Positions 51,348 to 63,761 of a DNA stretch of 64,000 nt are shown one piece after another. Source of the DNA: Dipteris shenzhenensis (taxonomy: Eukaryota); NCBI GenBank assembly GCA_047967505.1, contig CM106538.1. One strand, 5' to 3'. Every line of letters starts with the position of its first letter. Positions within the stretch are counted from its first letter, which is position 1. Made by a program: the position numbers and the translations under genes. Under the pieces are notes generated by a model. It saw nothing but the letters and a program-made list of their open reading frames with translations. It was not told the origin of the DNA and did not search any database.

Positions 51348-54138
51348 GGGAAAAACCCCATTCCCAGAATGGCAGTTTTGGAAGAAATTGTAGCTCCCCT
51401 CAATGAAAAAACAGGAGAAATATGTGAAAATAGACTAGATAGCCATTCATGAAGTGTGAAATATCAACTACATTCTCAAATAATAAATAGAATATAAGTG
51501 TCTAAACTATGTTATCATCAAAAAAATAATAAACTTTGAAACCCATTTGAGTTAGATTCATCTCGTGAGCCATAGTGATGTTCAAAAACTCCTTCATAAT
51601 TCTGGAATTTCCATTGATATTGAGACTCGCTTTTGTTGTGAGCATTCTCATTTGAAAATCTCCAAAACACCGTTTAAAAAATGTAGAGTGTAATTAATAA
51701 CCATGAGTATTGCAATGAAAACGCATAGGCTCTTTAACTTAGTAAGATATGTAGTTGATGGAAAATCAAGATATGTAGTTGAGGAGAATGAATGCAAGAT
51801 ATGTAGTTGATGGAAAATCAATGGGCAATGACAAGCATTTGATGTAATTTAGGTGGCAATGACAATCATTTATTATGCACTTTCAATTTTTGGACTGACT
51901 ATCATTATTGTAAAACGATAACTTTACATGTCATGTTGATTACTCATTGCAAAGTAAAAAAGTACACTTTAGGATGGAAACATAACAACTTGTTGATACA
52001 CCATTGAAATCCCTGAAATAAATCATGATTCCAAAGAAACTCTCAACCACTAGCGGAGAATGGCAGTAGGATAATGGCAAAAGTGCCAATGCACATGTGA
52101 GTTTAGGATTCCTTGTGCATGTTTTTAGGTCATGATATGAGATTGGCACCACTACCATTCTCCATAGAGATCGGCACAATTCCATATGATCTCTGCACAT
52201 GGGAGTTTAGGCTTCTCAATGACATTTCTTAGGGCCTAATAAGAGATTGGCACCACTGCCATTCTTCACTTGTACAAATGTTTACCCTACTATTCTAGGA
52301 GGGGTATTCCAGTGATCATAGGAGAGTGGTGTCCGATTCCAATCCACATGTGAGTTTGACGATCTCAGAGATTGACACAATTCCATATGATCTCTACACA
52401 ACGGAGATAGTGATCACTACATAAAAGAATGCACATGTGAGTTTAGGATTCCTTGTGCACCACTGCCATTCTCCACTGGTGGCATTCTATAATGGCAAAA
52501 CTGCCAATCCACATGAGTTTATGATTCCTTGTGCTTGTTTTCAGGTCATGGTATGAGATTGGCACCACTACCATTCTCCACTGTTGCCATTCTCCACAGA
52601 GATTAACACAATTCCATATGATCTCTACACAGCGGAGATAGTGACCACTACATAGAAGAATGCACATGTGAGTTTAGGCTTCTCAATGCCATTTCTTAGG
52701 GCCTAATAAGATATTGGCACCACTACCATTCTCTTGTATAAATGTTTACCCTACTATTCTAGGAGGGGTATTCCAATGATCATAGGCGAGTGGTGTTCGA
52801 TTCCAATCCACATGTGAGTCTAATGATCTCAGTATCATTATGTAGGTGCCACCATGAGTTTGGCATCACTGCCATTCTCCACTAGTGGTTGTCTAGACAA
52901 ACTAAACTTATAGATTGACATTCCAAGGCCTAATAAGAGATTGACACAATTCCATATGATCTCTACACAGCAGAGATAGTGATCACTACATAGAAGAATG
53001 AGCATGTGAGTTTAGGCTTGTCAATGCCATTTCTTAGGGCCTAATAAGAGATTGGCACCACTGCCATTCTCCACTTGTACAAATGTTCACCCTACTATTC
53101 TAGGAGGGGTATTCCAATGATCATAGGAGAGTGGTGTCCGATTCCAATCCACATGTGAGTTTGATGAACTCAGAGATTGACACAATTCCATATGATCTCT
53201 ACACAGCGGAGACAGTGATCTCTACATAGAAGAATGCACATGTGAGTTTAGGATTCCTTGTGCATGTTTGCAGGTCATGTTATGAGATTGGCACCACTAC
53301 CATTCTCCACTGGTGGCATTCTCCACAGAGATTGACACAATTCCATATGATCCCTACACAGCGGAGACAGTGATCGCTACATAGAAGAATGAGCATGTGA
53401 GTTTAGGCTTCTCAATGCCATTTCCAATTCCCTATTCGGGAAAAAACCCAATTCCCAGAATGGCACTTTTGGAAGAAATTGTAGCTCCCCTCAATGAAAA
53501 AACAGGAGAAATATGTGAAAATAGACTAGATAGCCATTCATAAAGTGTGAAATATCAACTACATTCTCAAATAATAAATAGAATATTAGTGTCTAAACTA
53601 CGTTATCATCAAAAAAATAATAAACTTTGAAACCCATTTGAGTTAGATTCATCTCGTGAGCCATAGTGATGTTCAAAAACACCTTCATAATAGCGAGTCT
53701 CTGGAATTTCCATTGATATTGAGACTCGCTTTTGTTGTGAGCATTCTCATTTGAAAATCTCCAAAATACCGTTTCAAAAATGTAGAGTGTAATTAATAAC
53801 CATGAGTATTGCAATGAAAATGCACAGGCTCTTTAACTTAGTAAGATATGCAGTTGATGGAAAATCAAGATATGTAGTTGAGGAGAATGAATGCAAGATA
53901 TGTAGTTGATGGAAAATCAATGGGCAATGACAAGCATTTGATGTAATTTAGGTAGCAATGACAATCATTTATTGTGCACTTTCAATGTTTGGACTGACTA
54001 GCATTAAAAACAATAACTTTACATGTCATGTTGATTACTCATTGCAAAGTAAAAAAGTACACTTTAGGATGAAAACATAACTTGTTGATACACCATTGAA
54101 ATCCCTGAAATAAATCATGATTGCAAAGAAACTCTCAA
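51348..54138. repeat. Two ~700-bp direct repeats (51348-52046, 53438-54138) enclosing a modular tandem array
   Basis: The repeats align throughout and lack TG..CA ends. The interior is shuffled modules (GAGATTGGCACCACTxCCATTCTC; CACAATTCCATATGATCTCTACAC; CACATGTGAGTTTAGG). Confidence 0.9.
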
Positions 54139-54330
54139 TTTCTAGCCCCAAAGAGAATGGCACCGGAAAGAATGGCACGAGAGACACTCCTTCTAAATAC
54201 ATTATGAATGTAGTTATGAACATGTTTGCATATTATTCACACACAACAATTACGCACCAATTTACATAGTTGGCAAGAAAGTAGTAATTCCCATAAGTAA
54301 TGATTGTATAAAGATATACAATGTTGTTAT

Positions 54331-54860
54331 TTAAAACTCATAGTCTGCAAATAGCTCCTCTCCTGCATGTATATCATCTATGGATTCAATACAAATGTGA
54401 CCATATTCTGCAATATCTATGTTCATCATGGGGTCATACCAAGGTGGAACATCAGGGGAAAATACATAACAAACATTTGGCTTTACATTGGTATTTCTAT
54501 TACTGTTAATAAATCCTGCCACATTGCCATATTGAACATCACCAACAATATGCACCATATCCTTCATAGGGACAGTAGGGTCCTCTTGGATCGAGTACTT
54601 CTTTAGCCTTGGATGAACTCTACATAATTCCTTCCAGTCACTGTAGGAGTACTTGTCACCTCCATAATGGAGAATAGTAGTCCCTCTCTTGATGGAGCCA
54701 TGCACAAACAAGCCAGCTCCTGTAATGGTTGACTCATGCACCTCGAAAGCCACATTTTTTATCCAGAACACTTCGTTGATAGGGACAGGTAACTTTGGTG
54801 GTCCAAATGGATCTCGTTCTGGTATGTACCTACTCAAGCTTGATTTGAACGTATATCTAT
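54331..54860 (-). CDS. SET-domain (protein lysine methyltransferase-like) exon
   Basis: STITGAGLF (motif I), GNVAGFINS (GN.ARFINH-like), DIHAGEELFADY (ELxxDY); no post-SET cysteines. Preceded by intron 54945-54861/54857 with a CTAAT branch site. Confidence 0.85.
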
Positions 54861-54947
54861 CTACATCACAAAAGACAAATTCAATTAGCTACAACAACAG
54901 TTATATATATTGAGATAAAATCAAAAAACACTTTGACATATGTACCT

Positions 54948-57268
54948 TCATGAAAAATACGCATTCTGTAGTCGGGTTATGTAGCCCTTAGCAATGTATT
55001 TCTTGATATAGCGACCTTTGTACCCTAGGTCTATAGCCAATTGAGAAACTTGCATAGCATTCATGCTAGAGAGTTGCGGAGCGTTCCTTAAAAGTCTTAT
55101 TTGGGATGCATTGAGTTTAGGCACCTGGCCATCACCACCATGGGTTGCCCTACCATCTATATCCCTCTCTCTTAGTTGATCTGCAAGAGGAAGATTTCTT
55201 GTTTTATATTCCATTCTTGACCATGCATGATTTTCCTCCCTCCATTCATCAATTACTTTCTGGACAAGGTTGAAATCCTTATGCCCCTCCATCACAGGTA
55301 ATTGTCCATACCGATTTGTCTCAATCATGCTGCGCACATCTTTAGTCTCATCGAGTTGTAGTAAGTACGGCATCAACTCTCTCAGTAGAATATTATCATC
55401 CTTGTCTTGTACATCAAACGTTGAAGGAAATATGCAATTTGATGGAGGGCTAATGCAAGCCTTGTATGGGGAGTCATCAACAAGGATTGTCCTTCTAGCA
55501 TCACATCCAAATGCCTTTGAGATTTTTGCTAAGGGTTTGAACATTGCCTCAACACCAACCTTGTCAGGCCTATTTATCCTTGTCTTACTGTAAGTGTAGC
55601 ATCCTTGCTGAGACCATATAACAAAGAAAGGGAGGCTCTCATTTGCATAATTTTGCAGCTTTCCTACCATATCAAGTACGTTATGCTCCATCGCAGTTGA
55701 CCAGATACCTACATTAAATCTTTGTAGCAAGATTTTAAGAAATTCTATGCACCCAGGACGAACAACCATATAACTATTTTTGCCATGCATAATAGACGGA
55801 TGTATTGGAGACTTGAATAGGCAGCGACTTAATAACAAGCCATTCAAGTCTAATATGATTGTTAATCGTGGCATATCCAAAGAAATTGTATGTGGATATA
55901 GATCCAAATTCTCCTTGAAGTTGCTGGCTTCTGACTCATCCAAATTGTCAGGTGCTATGATTTCATGCATGTTTGCAACAACAATAAGATTATCTAGTTT
56001 TGTCCCCAATGTTGAGATAGTACGTTCATCCATGTTCTCTTCTAAGAGTATAGGATTCGTGATATTCCTTGCAATTTTCTCCATTTTTGGGGTTATGTTT
56101 TCTTCTATACCTCCTGCATCCATCGCGTAATTGATAGTCCCCATAACTGGGAGGCAGTCAATAGAGCGAGCGATAAAAAGCGAGCGAGCCCAAAAAAGCG
56201 AGCGACAATTAGTTGAAGTGGTTGGAAAATCAAGCAAGCAAAGAAAGAATCTAAGTTTTTTATAAAATAATTGCTTGAAGTACAAAGTATTCAAAAAGGT
56301 GGTTGTGTCACAAAATTTATATTCTGATGCACACAAGTTTTTTAGATGGTGCAAAAAGGCATGATATTCATCTAAATCATGCCTTGTCATTTGATTTGAT
56401 ATGTAACATTATGCCATTTATATTTGATAATCAAAAGATGCAGGGATGTAAAAAACTCATCTTTTGGGCCAAAACAATCAAATGTTGACATCTTGCCAAA
56501 ATATAGGGATGTGAAAATGTCCTCTTTTGGGCCAAAACAGGGAGCGCGTTAACGCGCTCCCTGTTTTGGCCCAAAAGAGGACATTTTCACATCCCTGTAT
56601 CTTTTGATTTACAAGTCCAAACGGGGTCATGTTACATATCAAATCAAATGGCAAGGCGTACTTTAGACGATTATCATGTCTTTGTGCACCATCTAGTAAA
56701 ATTTAATGCACCAAAAAATGAATTTGTGGCCAATTTGCTGCATTGGTAAGATTAGTGGGAGGTAAGAATAAATCATTAGGGAAGGATATTTTTGCAATAA
56801 CAAAGAAACATGGGTTTTGTTCCAAGAGTGAACAGAGTTAAAAAACCTAAGCATTTACATATGCATGGAATCTAGACTAATCCATGCAAGGAGTCCTTGG
56901 AAAGATGATCTCAATTACTCTAGTGGAAAGAGAGAACTTGATTGCAGTAGGGTTTGTCTTTGATACAAACAATGACTTGGAAGTTAAACATACAAACTGT
57001 CTCATGGATGATGTGAAATTAGTGTTAATGGCTTTAAAGTTATATGCATGTTTAACCTTCTGGCATTGAGGGAACATATGCACTTTTGAATAAGTTATTA
57101 TTTTTTGCTACTAAAATGGGGGATTTATAAATCTTTTATTGTTTTTTATCGCTCGCTTTTTTTGGCTTGCTCGCTTTTTGTCGCTCGCTTTTTGGTAATC
57201 CTCCATAACTGGTGGTATGTTGTCCTCTACATTTGATGTCTCCACATCCTTCCATGCATCATTGGTCC
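54948..57268 (-). pseudogene. FCP1/SCP-like (NIF, HAD-fold) phosphatase-domain exon, interrupted by the 56151-57203 insertion
   Basis: IILDLNGLL, VRPGCIEFL, VGIWSTA, MFKPL, TILVDDSPYK. The frame continues across the insertion (TNDAWKDVETSNVEDNIPPVMGTINY) from a splice acceptor at 57269. Confidence 0.85.
56151..57203. mobile_element. Non-autonomous Mutator-like element (1053 bp)
   Basis: 9-bp TSD CATAACTGG at 56142-56150 and 57204-57212; GAGG...CCTC ends with inverted AAGCGAGCG subterminal repeats; internal fold-back. Confidence 0.92.
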
Positions 57269-57411
57269 CTGTGGAAGTTGAGGAATATAGAAATATTTTG
57301 ATTCTTTAGAGTGTATTCAACAATGTCGAAGCACAAAAGCATATGAAACTAATAAATAACAATAAAGTATGAACATTATCCATCGTCGTTCACTGATTCC
57401 ATTGTATTTTT

Positions 57412-57935
57412 GGGGAATGGCAAAAGTGCCAATCTCTCTAAAGGTCAATTGAGAATGCAAATAGTGCAACCTTTCTCTCTGAACTCATAGAGAGAATGGC
57501 AATAGTGCCATTCTTCTCTTGGGGTGGTGCTAGTGCCATTTTACATATAAGGTTATGGAGAATGCCACTAGTGCCTTTCTCTATACCCTCATTGGGAGGG
57601 GAGAATACTACTAGTGCCTCCCCCCATGTCCCAAAAGAAATTTACAATGCATGATCTGAAAGCATAGATACTGTATTACTTTGGTCCAATAGATTTGTAG
57701 AAAGCACCCAAATCAAAACTTTGGTAGCATAGTTAATATTATACAATTTTTAATCTCTGTAATGCTTTCAACTAACATAGATTCAAGAAAGGAACATAAC
57801 AGTATTACCATTTCTACATAACCACAAAGAGAGAATGGCACTAGTGCCATTCTCCATATGAGGTCGCATAAAATGTTAATAGTACCTCTTACGTATAACC
57901 CGACATAGGGAGAATGACACTAGTACCATTCCCCA
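57412..57935. promoter_or_regulatory. Cluster of palindromic GAGAATGGCACTAGTGCCATTCTC-like motifs upstream of the FCP1-SET gene
   Basis: Perfect 24-bp palindrome at 57831-57854, with variants near 57414, 57492, 57558, 57601 and 57910. Function is inferred only. Confidence 0.55.
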
Positions 57936-58066
57936 TGTCATTATGTCACACAATTTTATCATACCTAATGTTTAATATCTTTAATATGATGAGAGTATGT
58001 GCAATCGAGAAAATCCATAAAAGTCATATTATTTTGAAACTGAATACACAAGGCATAAATGAGTAG

Positions 58067-58422
58067 CTAAAGACCTTGCTCCAAATCTTCCAATGTAATC
58101 TTTGGGATAGCTTCAAGATCTGCTTCAGTTAAAGGTCGCAAGTCTTCAATGTGATGCTCACCCTCTTTAATTCCTTCATCGATAGGTGAATCAGCTCTAT
58201 GTGTCTCAAGAGGCCTCTCAATGCTAGACCAAATCTTAATATGGTGATTATTTGATGCATGTGCCACACACATAGCCTCGACCTCTGTCACTTGTTGGGA
58301 TGTCTTCACCAGCGAGATCACTTTTCTTTTGCTTGACAATGCTTGTAATGCCACACATCCATTAGTAAAGACGTCAACAACAACTTCATGTTTCCTACTA
58401 CAATAGCACCTGATGCACTCCT
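58067..58422 (-). pseudogene. C-terminal part of an ORF split by copia C2; DNA amino-methyltransferase-like SAM-binding region
   Basis: Joins in frame to 63762-64000 across the TSD: KHGIIKECIRCYCSRKHEVVVDVFTNGCVALQALSSKRKVISLV. Confidence 0.55.
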
Positions 58423-61400
58423 TGTGGGGGTTAAAGGTCACTGTGCCTTAACCCCAGTTATGTACAATACTCAAACACATATATAAATGAATGAAAAAGA
58501 AGATTAGGGTGGTTCTGCACCCACCAAAACTTGTGTGGCTCTCTGTCTCTCTCTCTCGCTCTCTCTCCCTCTTCCGTTCTTGCTTCCGTTGAGAGCACTC
58601 TCAACTGGTATCAGAGCCCGGGTGATCTAGCTGAGTGTGCGTGAATGCTTGAAGCTTAGCAGCTCTGTGGGAGGAAGGAGAAGCTCTGTGGGAAGCTTTG
58701 TGGGTGACTTTACTTGCATCCGAGTGTGCAGAGACCTTGGAGGAACCTTTGGAAAAGTCACTTTGGCTTTGCGAAGTGGTTTTGAGAGCCTGTTAAGAGC
58801 TTTCAAAGAAAAAGTCGTTTTTTGAGCTTTTCCCTGTTCCATTCGATGACAGAGACTCCGTATTGACTTGTAGAGGCAACTATTGCTTGCTTTTGGTGTC
58901 CACATCACTTCAAGAGCTTGGAAACACCTTCATTCTTGAATCTGGGATCATTTCATTGGATTTCTGACTCACTGTGTCAGTTCCTGCGTTTTTTGCCCGG
59001 GTGTTGGAACTCAAGTTTGGAGCAACCATTTGCAGATCTGTCAGTTCCGGTGGACTCAGGAGGTCCTAAAACTTCTATGTTCTCATCATTCGCACTCCGG
59101 TGGAGTTTACAGATAGCTCTGTTTCCAAAAACGTTTTTCAGTCTGTGTGTTGGACCCAGTGATTGAGGCCATGGTTTCCAAAACCGTCTGTCCCATTGCG
59201 TTCCGGATGCCCAAAAACCCCTACCTATCAGTTCTTGCGTGATTCGGTGGAGGATTTTCAGAGTTATAAATCTCTGTGTATTCCATTTCGTCTCTCTGTT
59301 ATGCATTTTTCATACTAAGGTTTTGAAACCTTAGATTTATGCCACATGGCAGTGGATAAGTGTTGACTCCCATTTCTCACTCATCGGTTGGGATTTTGGA
59401 GTTCTGGCAGAAGAGAGATATTTGCAGATTTTCTTGCTGAGTCCGATTATGCAATGGCGCCCATGTTTTGAAGCATCTCAGGTTCTATTTTCAGTAGCGC
59501 TCATTACCGTGGGACTATGATTTCTTGAGCATACCTTATGCAGATCACTCTGGTTGCAGTTTGAGCAGTGTGCGCTCATTCGTGGTATGCATTGGGTTGC
59601 AGTGGATGATTTATAGGCCATTTGGATGCATTGCGGTCCTTGTTGGATGCGCTGATAGGCCCAAATTGCCTTGTGGGATGCTATTTTTTATGGACGCTTT
59701 GCACATGGATGCTATTTTATGCTGAGGGACAGCTTTGCCACATTGTTGGTGATGCACTGATAGTGCTATGCTCTCTTGGATGAGATATAATTGATGCATA
59801 TGCCAGTGGACGGTGTTTATGCTTGAGTCATTTGGCACTTATTGGCATTTTCTTTTGGGCCAGATTTGCTCATATGGATGCATAGTATATGCACATGAGT
59901 CAGATGCATCTTTTGATGCTTTGAGCTTTGAATTTTGGTGATATTTCACTCTATTGTGGCATACACATTTGGGTGCACCTAGTATTTGGTGTGATTCTCT
60001 CTTGCAGGCACTAGCATTTGGGATTTTGTTTCATTTGCATCATGGCATCCTCTTCCACGTCTGAAAAGGAGTTTTTCAGCATTTAAAAGTTTGATGGGAC
60101 AAACTTTTCTTTGTGGAAAGAACAAATAAGGGATGTGCTTATTCAAAAGAAGCAGATTAAACCCTTGGCAGGGATTGAAGCTAAGCCTGCAAATATGTCT
60201 GAGGATGATTGGAATGAGTTGGATGCATTAGCAAAGTCTACTATTAGACTTCATCTTGCAGAGTCAGTTTATTTCACAGTAGTAAATGAGCAGACTACGG
60301 AAGATTTGTGGAAGAAACTGTGTGCCACTTATGAGAAGGAAACTGCCTCTAATAAAGTTTACCTCATGAAGAGGTTGTTTGAGCTGTAGATGAAGGAAGG
60401 GGTCTCCATTGCTTCTCACTTGAATGAATTCAATATTATTTTCAGCCAGCTTCAGGCTCAGAAAATGAATTTTGATGCGGAGACTAAGGCAATATTTCTC
60501 TTGTGTTCATTGCCATCCTCATGGGATACCTTCCGTACAGCTGTCAGTAACTCTACACCTAGTGGAGTACTGAAATTTGATGATGTTGTGGGTAGCTTGT
60601 TGGCCGAGGAGATTAGACGGAAGTCTATGGATGGCAACAAGCAGGATGCAGCCTTAAATGTGCAAAGGGGCAGATCACAGTTCAGGGGGAAGTCCCAAGA
60701 AAGAGGGAAGTCTCGTAGTAAATCCAGGGCACGGAACATTGAGTGTTACCATTGTGGCAAGAAGGGCCATATGAAAAAGGATTGCTACAAGCTGAAAAGA
60801 GAGCAAAAGGATAAGAAAAAGAATGCAAATTGGGGTGCAAATCAAAAGGAAGAGAGTCCAAGGGAGGACAAAGGAAAAGTGAAGATCGAGGAGATCAATG
60901 CAGTCACACATGATAGTGACAATGATGTTCTCTTCATGTCTACTTTATCTGCAGAGTTGCTTACCACTTCAGATGATGCATATTCCCAGGATTGGATTTT
61001 GGATTCTGGTGCTTCATTCCATGTTACTCCCCATAGGGAATGGTTCTCCACTTATGACAGTGGAAAGACAGGTTGTGTGCATCTTGGAAATGACTATGCA
61101 TGTGACATAGTGGGAGCAGGTGACATAAAGTTTTCTTTTGCAAATGGGTCTGCATTTGTTTTGAAACATGTGAGACATGTGCCTAAGCTGACCAAGAGTC
61201 TTATTTCAGTGGGTCAGCTAGATGATGCTGGTTTTCACACCACTTTTGGCTTTCAGAGTTGGAAAATTCAAAAGGGCTCTATGCTTTTGGCTAGGGGTGC
61301 CAAGTGTGGGACTTTGTATCCCTTACATGTATCAGGGGTATTTGATCATGTTGTTGCAATAACCGAGTAGCCAAGCACTTCTTTGTGGCATTGCAGGTTG

Positions 61401-63761
61401 GGGCACATGAGCCAAAATGGAATGAAACTCTTATGCCGTTTGGGTTATGTACCGCATTTGAGTTTCTCTGATTTTGAATTTTGTGAGCATTGTCTCTATG
61501 GGAAGCAGACTAAATCAGCCCATAAAAGAAGGGGAAAGAAAGAGTTTGAAATGCTTGATTTGGTGCATTCAGACGTATGTGGTCCCATGCCTACACGGTC
61601 ATTAGGCAGGGCCGAATACTATGTGACATTCATTGATGATGCAACTAGGAAAGTGTGGGCTTATGCTATAGCTCGGAAGAGTGATGTATTCTAGGTATTT
61701 CAGAAATGGCTGGCCTTGGTTGAGAATCAGTCAGGTAGAATGCTTAAATGCCTACGGACTGACAATGGTGGAGAGTATCTCTCTCATGACTTTCAGCATT
61801 TCTGTGATACACGTGGGATTAAGAGGGAGCTCACATCCCCTCATACTCCAGAGCAAAATCCAGTTGCAGAAAAGATGAATCGTACCATTCAAGAAAGGTT
61901 GCAATGCATGCTTTCCAATGCAAGTCTTTCTGGTGGTTTTTGGGCTGAGGCAATGAAGACTGCAGTGCATGTGATCAATAGATCACCTAGTAAGAGTTTG
62001 GATGGTGGTATTCCTGAAGAGGCATGGAGTGGCAAGAAGCCCTCTTACTCTCATTTGCGTATATTTGGGTGTGAGGCATATGCACGTGTGCCAAAAGAGC
62101 TTCGAAAGAAGCTAGATCCTAAGTCTAGGAAATGCATCTTTCTAGGTTATGGTGAAAGTGGAGAGATGGGCTATCGTCTCTGGGATCCAGAAGCAAAGAA
62201 GATCATACGCAGCCATGATGTGGTCTTCAATGAGAAGAAGATGCATAAGGCACCCATGAGGGATGTGGAAATGAGGAGAATCACTTTCCAGGATGTGAAT
62301 CCACCTGCATATGTTGATAGACAGCAAGCTGTCCATGCACCAAATGTGCAAGAAATGGTACCACCAAGTACTCCCACAGGTATACAATCAAGGGTAGATG
62401 ATGGATCATCTATTGGTGGAAATGATGAGCCAAATATGGCTAATATGCAAGTGGGACAGCAAGCTGAAATGCCATTGAGAAGATCATCTAGAGTGTCTAG
62501 ACCGCCTGATAGGTATGTTCCAGGGGTAAGACTATGTGATGCTTACTGATTGCGAGGAGCCTTCTTGCTACAAAGAGGCTATGATGCGTGAGGATCAACG
62601 CAAGTGGGAGTATGCTATGCAATCAAAGATGAGTTCACTTATGAAGAATAAGACTTGGGACTTGGTTTCTTTGCCACATGGAAAGAAACCATTGCCATGT
62701 AAATGGGTCTACAAAATGAAGGTCACAGGTGATGATGTGCCTAGGTACAAGGCCCGTTTGGTTTCAATATGGAGGGGGGGAAGGCAGTGAGTACTCCATT
62801 GCCTCCATATGTGAAACTGAGTCATACAGATAGTCCCAAATCAGATGAGGAGAGGGCCATGATGGCCAAGGTTCCTTATGCATCAGCAGTTGGGAGTCTT
62901 ATGTATGCTATGATAGCTACTAGACCAGACATTGCATTTGCAGTGGGAGTTGTTAGCCGGTATATGGCTAATCCAGGAAAGAGGCATTGGGAGGCAGTTA
63001 AGTGCATCATGAGGTACATGAAGGGTACCAAGGAGATGTGCATTTGCTTTGGTAAAGGAGACATGCGTGTACTTGGGTACACAGATTCAGACTATGCAGG
63101 GCATGTGGATAGTAGGAGATCCACTTCCGGTTATGTGTTCACCTTTGCAGGTGGTGCAGTGTTGTGGATGTCTCGTGCACAGAAGTGCATTGCTTTGTCT
63201 ACCACAGAGGCTGAGTATGTTGCAGCCACAGAGGGTTGCAAGGAGGCTATATGGCTTGATCGGCTAGTGGGAGATTTGGGGATTCATACAGGTGTACCGA
63301 CATTGCATAGTGATTCCATGAGTGCTATTCAGCTAGCACGGAATCCGATCTTTCATGCAAAGACCAAACACATTGAGGTCAGGTACCATTTCATCAGGGA
63401 GGTACTTGAGGACAAGCGCATAGAGCTTGTCAAGGTTCATACAGATGATAACCCTGCAGATATGCTGACGAAGAGTCTACCTAGTCAGCGGTTTGAGTAT
63501 TGTCGTGTATTGATGGGCATTGGATAGTATGCTCACTGGTTGTTCTCCCTTAAAGGCACATTGTCCTTTAAGTGGGAGGTTGTGGGGGTTAAAGGTCACT
63601 GTGCCTTAACCCCAGTTATGTACAATACTCAAACACATATATAAATGAATGAAAAAGAAGATTAGGGTGGTTCTGCACCCACCAAAACTTGTGTGGCTCT
63701 CTGTCTCTCTCTCTCGCTCTCTCTCCCTCTTCCGTTCTTGCTTCCGTTGAGAGCACTCTCA
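58423..63761 (+). mobile_element. Ty1/copia family C, copy C2: complete boundaries, defective pol
   Basis: 181-bp LTRs at 58423-58603 and 63581-63761 appear identical; PBS 58606-58617; TSD CTCCT. gag-pol 60042-63527 has stops at 60084, 60387, 61368 and 61692 and a ~577-bp RT deletion at ~62762 relative to C1. Confidence 0.97.

Noticed and set aside
52047-53437. Repeat-spacer-like array as CRISPR
   Set aside because: The intervening segments are themselves repeated modules, not unique spacers.
51348-54138. 700-bp direct repeats as an LTR pair
   Set aside because: No TG..CA ends, PBS, PPT or TSD were found.
56151-56390. First ~80 aa of the 480-aa ORF
   Set aside because: It is read-through from the inserted element; the true upstream coding sequence lies at 57204-57268.
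27564-57203. One 30-kb transposon bounded by the inverted GAGGATTACC ends
   Set aside because: The 57203 end is already paired with 56151 by a perfect 9-bp TSD, and the flank at 27563 does not match it.
57831-57854. CACTA element terminus (CACTAGTG core)
   Set aside because: It occurs as the centre of an internal repeated palindrome, with no 3-bp TSD or CACTA transposase nearby.
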